DNA from: Chrysomallon squamiferum
Lineage: Eukaryota > Animalia > Mollusca
Direction: 5' to 3'
NCBI GenBank assembly: GCA_012295275.1
Contig: CM022673.1
Span: 8,308,001-8,372,000, forward strand
DNA: 64,000 bases
Shown here one piece after another: positions 54,485 through 64,000 of the stretch. Positions within the stretch are counted from its first letter, which is position 1, and every line of letters starts with the position of its first letter. The notes beneath the pieces were generated by a model that made no database searches, had not been told where the DNA came from, and saw only the letters and a list, made by a program, of their open reading frames with translations. A program made the position numbers and the translations under genes.

Positions 54485-54519
<35 letters not shown>

Positions 54520-54705
54520 CTTCTTATGTCACCTTAGCTGCAGGATCAAAAGATATATAATGGCCTTTTTACACCAGAACATTTCAAGTATCTAAAACTG
54601 TTTGTGTGAAACCACACTACAGTGTTAATGGTAGGGTATAGTTTCAGTGAGACTAGTGTGCATGTAATGTTTATAAAAGAAAAAAAAAAAAATTAAAGAA
54701 CGAAG

Positions 54706-54776
<71 letters not shown>

Positions 54777-56760
54777 TAAAGTTAAAAGAAGAAATAATAT
54801 GAATGTAATAAATTCAGCATATATATATATATATTTTAAAGTATAGACATAAAATGATAAAAATTAGAATTTAATAATAATAATAATAATAATAATAACA
54901 GTAATAAGCACAAGAAGAAGAAAAGTGAAAAGCAGATAGGATGTTAAAAAAAATATTGAAAAAAAAAAAAAAAAAAAAAAAAAAGAAGAAGAAGAAAAAA
55001 TACAGTAGTAAAAAGAATAAAAAGTCAACCAATGCACAGGTTTTTTCAATTTATAATATTGCCGCTATTTACGTTTTCGCTGGTATCTCAGAAACTGCGC
55101 GTTTCGACTTTTTCCTATCAACACGAAACCATCAGTTTGTTTTTTTTCATCCTGTACAGTGTTTTTTAAGAAAACTATTTTATTATTTTCACTGCAGTAA
55201 TACTAGCAGCACGCATAAATCTAATGGTTTACAGTAAATACGCCATCATATAGCGGTTAGGAATAATCATATTTGTTTTATGTTAAAATGAAGTGGGCCC
55301 TAACCGTTCTTTTATTGATAATAAATTGCTTGTTGGGTTTGCATCTGTCACAACAAGTACTTTGCCGCTTCACAATATAGGATCGTTACTGGTGATAATA
55401 ACGAAATTCCGTACAACTCAGTTATTGTCATTATACACGGTTATGTGTTTTAAATTACGAAACATGGTGTCTTTATTACATATAACAAAATAGGCAGATT
55501 TAGAAGAAGAGGCAACAAACCAAGCATAAGTCTTTATTATTTTTTGGATTTTCTATTTTCATAACAATTTTTGTTCTATCACTGATGTTACATCGATCAC
55601 AAAAATGTCGTCCTCACCCTCTTTGAACAAAAAGGTGAACAACTTTTGATGAGTACGGGTGTACCAGTCGTTCTACCAAATACGGTAAAACAGTAACGTT
55701 AACGGTAACTGCAAAAGCAGTACAGTTAATACTATTGGTAATTATTATTACTACTGTACTGATATTACTTGTATATAAAGTTGTTGTTTATAAACAGTTG
55801 TTTACAGGGCGGAGTCTCGCTTACTGATAACAAAAACTCAGTGTTTTATAGAACTATTTCTGCTCCTATACATTTGTAAAGAAACAAACTAGTTTATTAT
55901 TTTCTTTTTTATTTGATGTAATTATTTTGAAATTTTGATGTAACATAGACATAATTTTTTTTTTAAATGAATTAAACTGATTGTGTTCCTATTCGTGGTT
56001 GGCTGGGATTAAATACCAAAACGGGTTGTATGGATGAAAGCCAATTCCATTTGAAAACCTTGTCAAAATTCACTTCTTAAATTATTATATTGCTATGTTA
56101 GAAGATGTACGTATTCACGCATTATCCTTGCACATTTATAATGCACGTAATTTCCAATAACTGTCCGAATAGTTGTTTAGCTATTCAACACGATCGTAAA
56201 TGTCCACTGTATTTCTTTACCGTATTTCAGTTTTTAATATCTTCAGCTTCTAATGATAAGTCCAAGAATAAAGCGTCAGTCTAGCTATCTCACGTCCATG
56301 TTATGCCTACGTTGCGTTTAGTTCTTGTTCGTTTTTACTGATATTTTTCTTACGTTTTGTCGTAGTAGTTACGACTAAACATAAACGGTTAGTTCTTTTG
56401 ATGCATACGGCCGCTTGTGTTACTACTGAAACTGACAACTTGCAGATTTGTAGTGATTATACCGGTTAGGAAAAGCGTATTGTAAGTGACTTTGTTAGTA
56501 AACAGAAATGTAGTGTTATTGATGCTGTTGATAAGGCAAAAATATAATATTAAAGATGTTATTAGTACGCAAAGTATAGTATTAGAAACGTTATTAAAAA
56601 GCAAAATGTAAAGTATTAAAGACGTTGTGTAGTGTTAGTGACGTTATTGGTAAGCAAAAATGTAGTATTAATGACGTCATAAGTAAGTATTATTATATTA
56701 TTAGCGACGTTTCTCGTAAGCAAAATGTAGTATCAGTGTCATTATTGGTTAGAAAAATTA

Positions 56761-57085
56761 CAGTATTAGCAACGTCATTAGTAAGTAAAAGAACAGTATT
56801 AGCAACGTCATTAGTAAGTAAAAGAACAGTATTAGCAACGTCATTAGTAAGTAAAAGAACAGTATTAGCAACGTCATTAGTAAGTAAAAGTACAGTATTT
56901 AGCAACGTCATTAGTAAGTAAAAGAACAGTATTAGCAACGTCATTAGTAAGTAAAAGTACAGTGTTAGCAACGTCATTAGTAAGTAAAAGTACAGTATTA
57001 GCAACGTCATTAGTAAGTAAAAGAACAGTATTAGCAACGTCATTAGTAAGTAAAAGTACAGTATTAGCAACGTCATTAGTAAGTA
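56761..57085. repeat. 33-bp minisatellite, about 10 near-identical copies within a longer degenerate array (about 56450-57370)
   Basis: Unit cagtattagcaacgtcattagtaagtaaaag(a/t)a at 56761, 56794, 56827, 56860, 56893, 56927, 56960, 56993, 57026 and 57059. Confidence 0.97.
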
Positions 57086-57825
57086 TTAGCAAGCGAAAGT
57101 GTGATATTAATAACATTATTAGTAACCAGAAGTGTAGAATTAGTGACGATGCTAATAAACAAAACGTAGTATTAATCACATGAGGGGAAGCAAAAACTTA
57201 GTATTACAGACGTTAGTGGCAAGCAAAACTGGTATTAGTCACTTTATTCGTGGGTAAACGTATAGTATTACTGATATTATTGGTAAACAACAGTGTGGCA
57301 TTAGTAACATTACTAGTAAACAAGAGGGTATTAGTGAAATTCGTGACAAACGAAGTGTGGGATTAGTGACACCGCAGATGAGCGACTTTATTCAACAACT
57401 GAAGTGCAGCGGAAATACTTACGCGCTATGTTTAACAAGTACTTGTGTCACATGATTACATTTCAGTGATAATAAAGGTTAAACATTACATCAGCCAGTG
57501 GCTGTAAACGTTGCAAATGTCATTCTTACATCTGCTCATTTTTCACGAAATGTGACTTAAATAATTTTTACACCCAGGTAATTATAATTTGTAAATAAAC
57601 TTAATCGTTATAAATTTATTTATAATTTTTTAAATATCACTTTTCTTGGTAAAAAAAAAAAAAAAAAGGAAGAGTCGATTTGAAAAGAACAGTAACTGAA
57701 ATGTGTAAGGCAGCTGAAAGCACAGTAAGAGTGCTGTTGCTGGATTTACAAATATTCCCATACTAATCTGTTTATTTACTGATGGAGTAATATCGTGTTA
57801 GGCAACTTGAAAATATTATACATTT

Positions 57826-58047
<222 letters not shown>

Positions 58048-59461
58048 GTATAGATTTCTTCTATGTGATGTTAGTTTTAACAAAGTTATTGTAAACACTA
58101 TCGGTTTTTGCGTATATCTTTATCAGTTCGACGCAATTTGCTGTGCACCTTTTCTTACGGGAAACAGGTCTCAGGAGATACATAAATAACATTTCCAGAT
58201 ATTTAGGTGCATCGAGAATAATTGATCCCGCATTCCTTTACAAATCAGATTAATGAGCTAGAGACTGAGTTACAAAAAACAACAACAACCAAAACAAAAC
58301 ATTTCATCCATATGTACAATGTCATATGCTAAAATACAGTTTCAAAAAATTTGCACAGAAAGTGAATAAACAAACAGAAACTATTAAAGTAATTATTTTA
58401 TGGGTGTATCGGAATATTTTCAGACAATACCTCACTTTTTACCCTTACATGTATTTATATATATATATATTTATCTGAGTATATGTATCAGGTATGTATT
58501 TATCTGTGTGTATATTTACAACCTCTATGTACATCTCTACTTATCTATGTATATTTTATTTCAGTATATTTATTTCTGTATATTTATCTGTTAGTATTTA
58601 CCTCTGTATCTACTTACCAGATTATATATATATATATATATATATATATCTTTATATATACTTGTGTGTATTTTCTCTGTAACATTTATCTAGCACAAGT
58701 TTCTAATTATTGAGATGATACAGTTAAAAAAAAAAAGAAGAACAAAACAGGTTAGTTAATGTAAACGTTGGGTAACTAAAAATCACTCTTTGTGAAGTAT
58801 TATACAAGTATCTGATTTCTCTTATATATTTTATTTTCTCTCATACCATCATTATAACGCAAAACAATAAAAATATTAGATTGAGTATAGTTAGGATTGT
58901 TTGAATTGCAACGTTACTACATATAACTCATTTTTATGTATTTTTCCAGTTCCAACCTAAATGGCACGCTTGTTATTATTATTTCATACTTAGTGAAATA
59001 TAAAAAAAAAAATAACAAAAAAAAAATCACTAGGAAATGTAACAGAGAGAAAGGTTCACACCACCAAGAGGTACAATTTATACCATTAGTTTGTTTCAGT
59101 TTTTTTTTTTTTTTGAGAGTCACTAACTACGATAGGCATGTGTGAACAGTTATCTTACACAATGATGCTGCACAATTTTAGCCGTACCCCCCACACACAC
59201 AATACGTTTTGAAGACCGGGGTATCGCAACAAACAGTTTGTTAGATCATTCGAGAGATCTCACACCTCTGGAGAGTCACCCCACCTGTGAATTACGATGC
59301 GACCTCGACGACGATGCCAAAAACAAGTACGGGGCCGTGCATGGGAGTCCACACGAGAACGTCGGCATTGTGTCAGCATGTAACGAATGAAACAATAATT
59401 ATTTGGGATAAGATCTCACATTATTATAGTATTAGACACCTTGGTAGTGGGTGGCTCGTGC

Positions 59462-59493
<32 letters not shown>

Positions 59494-59707
59494 TATACAG
59501 ATGATATTTGTATGAGTAAGTTCGTACTTATTTACGTAGTCGTTTTTGTGTACACGTGCAAGGATGGATTGTAAATATGCTTATGTATGTATGTAAATGT
59601 ATGTATGTATGTATGTATGTATGTATGTATGTATGTATGTGTGTGTGTGTGTTTATATCTATCTCTATGTATGCATGATGTTTGTATTTATATCTGTCGG
59701 TTCATAG

Positions 59708-59738
<31 letters not shown>

Positions 59739-60000
59739 AGTGTTTATATCTCTGGGTGTGTGTACGTGTGTGTTACTTCCCTGTGCTATACAAATATAAA
59801 ACAAAACTAAGTATGTACTGAAGTGACAGATTAACACTCTGTGTGAAGGTATCTTGTTACGTTATTTTTTAATACTTATTGACCCTCTCCTTCAATTAAT
59901 CTTTCCGTGGGGCACACAGCGTACTCTGTGGGAAAAAAAATGTGTAATGAAGCAAATCCCCCCTCTGTGAATTTCAAAACAGCCGTACTGAGTTTACATT

Positions 60001-60011
60001 TAGTAGTAGTA

Positions 60012-60094
<83 letters not shown>

Positions 60095-60310
60095 TACAAC
60101 TACAAGAACAACAACAATGATGATAATGATGATATCAATAATAACAATAACAATAATAACAATAACAACAATAACAATAACAACAATAACAACAACAACA
60201 ATAATAATAATAATAATACTGATGATGCTGATGATAATACTAAAAATATTAAAAATATTAATACTGATAATAATGATTATGATGATGATGATGATGATGA
60301 TGATAACAAA
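60001..60310. repeat. Compound trinucleotide microsatellite (AAT/AAC/GAT)
   Basis: Low-complexity trinucleotide array that produces the poly-I/T/M pseudo-ORFs. Confidence 0.92.
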
Positions 60311-60575
60311 CATAATGGGGTGTTGATGATAATAAAGGTACTATAATCATAAATGATAATGATGATTGTGATGTAATAATAACTGATGTTCATAACGACA
60401 ACAATAATAATGATGAATATGTTAGATGACAACTACGACGTCGACGACGATAATAATAATAATAATAATAATAAAAATATTACTTACCAGACGCTTATTT
60501 CTGTATCATCAGCTGTCAGAAAACATCAATGTTCTTTTCCTTGTCTGACTGTTGACAAACGTATGAATATAAATA

Positions 60576-60618
<43 letters not shown>

Positions 60619-60954
60619 CTATAGATATAAATATATAAACTTCCTAGAAAAAATATCCAACTTGATCAACAGTGAGCAAGCGCAAATATATTTCTTACGT
60701 CCAACCAAGCAACCAGTTCCAAGTGCGTTGTAACTGGAATGAATGAGGTTTTGGTCGGCATGTTAGCGGTTATAAAGTTAGCCCTCTCGGCCATGCCTTT
60801 GAGCAGTTGCTGAATGAACCGGGTACTGCCCTACAAAGCTCCACTCGCGCGCAGACAGATAATAATGGTCTGAAGAGAAATAGAGGCTCGATGGAGTTCG
60901 CTAAACGTACCACGTGCGGAGAAGAAAACGCGGAGGAGGTATTATGGTCCACGC

Positions 60955-61060
60955 TGTCTGCTTATCTGTCAGTCACATAGAGAAGGGAAGAAACAAAAAG
61001 TAATTGTCGACATGGATTTATTTCTTGTACCGAATGAATAAAATGTACTAGTGTGGTATC

Positions 61061-61098
<38 letters not shown>

Positions 61099-61235
61099 TG
61101 CATTGTGTGTGTGTGTGTGTATATATGTCTGTCTGCTTATCTGTCAGTCACATAGAGAAGGGAAGAAACAAAAAGTAATTGTCGACATGGATTTATTTCT
61201 TGTACCGAATGAATAAATGTACTAGTGTGTATCTG
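60955..61235. repeat. Tandem duplication of about 105 bp separated by (TG)n
   Basis: tgtctgcttatctgtcagtcacatagagaagggaagaaacaaaaagtaattgtcgacatggatttatttcttgtaccgaatgaataaa at about 60955 and 61130. Confidence 0.9.
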
Positions 61236-61267
61236 TGTGTGTGTGTATGTGTGTGTGCTAATGTATT

Positions 61268-61299
<32 letters not shown>

Positions 61300-61349
61300 T
61301 GTATGTGTATGTATGTGTGTGTATGTGTGTGTGTGTGTGTGTGTATATA

Positions 61350-61384
<35 letters not shown>

Positions 61385-62054
61385 GTGTGTGTGTGTATGT
61401 GTATATATATATATATGTGTATATGTATATATATGTAGGTAGATAGATATATTGATAGATATGATTTTGTATATGTATGAATGTGTGAATGTTTTTATAC
61501 TTGTGTGTTAGTGTGTGTGTTTGTCTGTATATGTATGTATGTACATTTGTGTAACTATTTATGTTTATTTTTAATCACCAAACTGGAAACTAATACACCG
61601 ACTATACTAGACATATGTGACAAATTTGTTTTTAATTTTCGTGATGTTTATTGTTTCATTATTGGAAGATCTACTTATTTAAGAAATCCGAAAAGGAGGA
61701 GCTAGTATAAAAAGGGAGGAGATTAATAAATAAAAAAATGCTCCTAAAAGAATAATTAAAACAAAATAAAAACTGTTAAGAAGCAATAAGTGATGGATTT
61801 TCACTTAATATTCATGAGATGAAGAAGATAGTGAACAGTTAACACTAATGTCCGCCTGGACTCTGGAATTTGTCTGTTTAAACAACCAGAAAACATTTCT
61901 ACGTGGATTTGTACTTTTTTTTTCATTTTATTTTTTTTTTTTTTTTTTTTTTTATAAATTCTAAGATTATTATTTCTTCTTCTTCTTCTTTTTCTTCCTA
62001 GTTTCTTTTCTACTCCTCATTTATTTAAACTATAACAACAACAACAACAACAGC

Positions 62055-62096
<42 letters not shown>

Positions 62097-64000
62097 GCAA
62101 ACAAATAATAATTATAAAATTCAACAACAACAAAGAACAATAATAATTAAATAAAAAATAAAATTTTAAAAAAAAAATAACAAAATAACAAAATCGATAT
62201 TTCGTAATAAATTTTTACGCCCAATCACGACGGAAATTCCGTATTCGAACGAGTTGCTCCGAAAAAGTGGAACAGTAATCGGAAGCCAGATGACTTCAGA
62301 AAAAAAAAAAAAAAAAAAAAAGCTACGAAAATAGCGACCTGACACTCTAGTGTGTTGTATTTCAAAACCTTTTTAACCCGAACGTCAAAAACGATTCGTG
62401 CAAACACGTTTGCTTCGACGTACGTGTGTGCAGAATGTTTTTGTTTATTTCCTTGTTCTGTAAGAAAAATCAGCTAATTTGTCTGTCTCTACCATATGGA
62501 GAATCGGCTTCTCCCGGCTGGCCTCGGTGGAAACGTTCAGAGATGAAGGTAACAAAATACACTGAAATAAATAATCAAAGAACCACCCCCCCTCTCCTCA
62601 GAAAACCCGATAATAATAAATAATAATAATTTTTTTTTTAGAAATAAAATAAAATAAAATAAAATAAAATAAAATAAAATAGATAAATAAATAAATAAAT
62701 GGATAAGTAAATAAATAAATACATGTATAACCTTATGACAATACGGTAAGCGTAGGAAAGAAAAACAATTAAAATATTAATAACAAGGAATTGACTAAAT
62801 CATTAGTATCATTATTAATAATTATAGTAGTACTAGTAATAGTAGCAGTAGCTGTAGTAATAGTAGTTGTAGTAGCAGCAGTATAGACATGAATACACAT
62901 ACACGTGCATAATCAAAATGTCTTGCAAACGTATTTGATATATTTCATATTAATTTAAACGACATCCATGCCGGATTTTGAGGTTTAAACATCGATCAAT
63001 TTGCATAGCATTCAAGCACAGTATTCTGGGTTGTGTTGCCTGGTAAATCGTAAGGTCTAAAGTATGCTTTTCTAGTCGATCGAATAGGAAATAATGAAGA
63101 TTCGCATAAGCTGTTATGATCAAGTGAAAATGATATGGCATGGAATTCATACGTGGAGAGGATTTGGAGTAACAAATTAAGAGATAAATCACGTATTTTT
63201 CAGGCATTTTGATTACGTGACTGAGTTTTGTGAATTGAAGTGAAAGAACAAACACAGTCGCCTATACCCACGCATAAAATACATCTTCACTTTACAAAAG
63301 ATATCGTTTATGTGTTTTTCCGTGTGTGCGTGTGTGTGTGTGTGTGTGCATGTGTGCGCGCGCGCGTTCGTGTGTGTGTGTGTCTGTTGGTGTGATTATT
63401 AATGTAGACACAAACTGACGCGATGGTGAAACTCAATTCCCCTGACCCTAAGCAGATCTTGCTCTTTTTGCGGGCGTGTTCAATAGCTGGGTCTGATTAG
63501 GACGCTACAGGATGTTAACATGTCTTTATCTAGCACATACCTATCTTACCACATGCCATTTTAAAGGACACACCTTTCTTGCCACATGACTATCACCTTA
63601 CACTAACGATTGACGTTACGGAAATATCTTCTTGCAGTTTTATTTTACGCAGCATCGTTATGGCAGTATAAATAAAAAAAAACTTCAAGATAGCAGGCTC
63701 GCACTTTTAGATGATATATATATCTATACCTATATATATATACATATATATATCAAACACAGAGACACGTGCACACTTACCCCCTCGCAGGTACATGCAC
63801 GCAAATGCCTATGCTAACAAACACATACCCATTTACACACACCCACAGCTATATTTTGGGGTTTTTTTTTTTTATCTATTTTTACGTTTGTCTGACAAAT
63901 TTAGTGTTTGCTTAATAAAATTATGTATGTGTCTATTTATTTAAATGTGTATGTTTGTATGTACGTGTCGTCCTTGTTTGTCTATGTGTATAAATACATA

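Noticed and set aside
54340-54490. Degenerate SINE-like remnants (also near 14735-15040, 19260-19430 and 48560-48610)
   Set aside because: Similarity between copies is too decayed to define boundaries or family from the sequence alone.
56625-57183. 33-bp repeat as a CRISPR array or as a repeat protein (TVLATSLVSKR / LLLTNDVANTV ORFs)
   Set aside because: Units are head-to-tail with no unique spacers, no cas genes and a eukaryotic context. The ORFs follow from a unit length divisible by 3 and are broken by a 1-nt insertion near 56900.

Overview
Very AT-rich metazoan genomic DNA with GT-AG introns. A lophotrochozoan, probably a mollusc, is an inference from gene content and composition. Three multi-exon protein-coding genes lie on the minus strand, and I reconstructed each exon by exon with consistent reading phases. 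(1) ATP-citrate lyase (ACLY): 17 coding exons at 723-10047, running off the left edge, with a candidate non-coding first exon near 15.9 kb. (2) A complete Werner-type RecQ helicase (WRN): 26 coding exons at 18881-32344, about 1089 aa. It lacks the N-terminal exonuclease but keeps the C-terminal Ku-binding motifs. (3) A two-coding-exon activin-like TGF-beta ligand at 40600-45792, about 362 aa. The ligand is the most striking item: its mature domain has lost both the interchain dimer cysteine and most of the heel helix, which predicts a natural monomeric, Lefty-like antagonist. Other highlights are candidate in-frame microexons in the ACLY phospho-regulatory linker, a four-copy array of the ligand's splice donor, several MITEs with visible TIRs/TSDs, a 33-bp minisatellite, and a switch from CpG-poor to CpG-rich sequence near 33.5 kb. 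Most ORFs in the supplied track are low-complexity artefacts.
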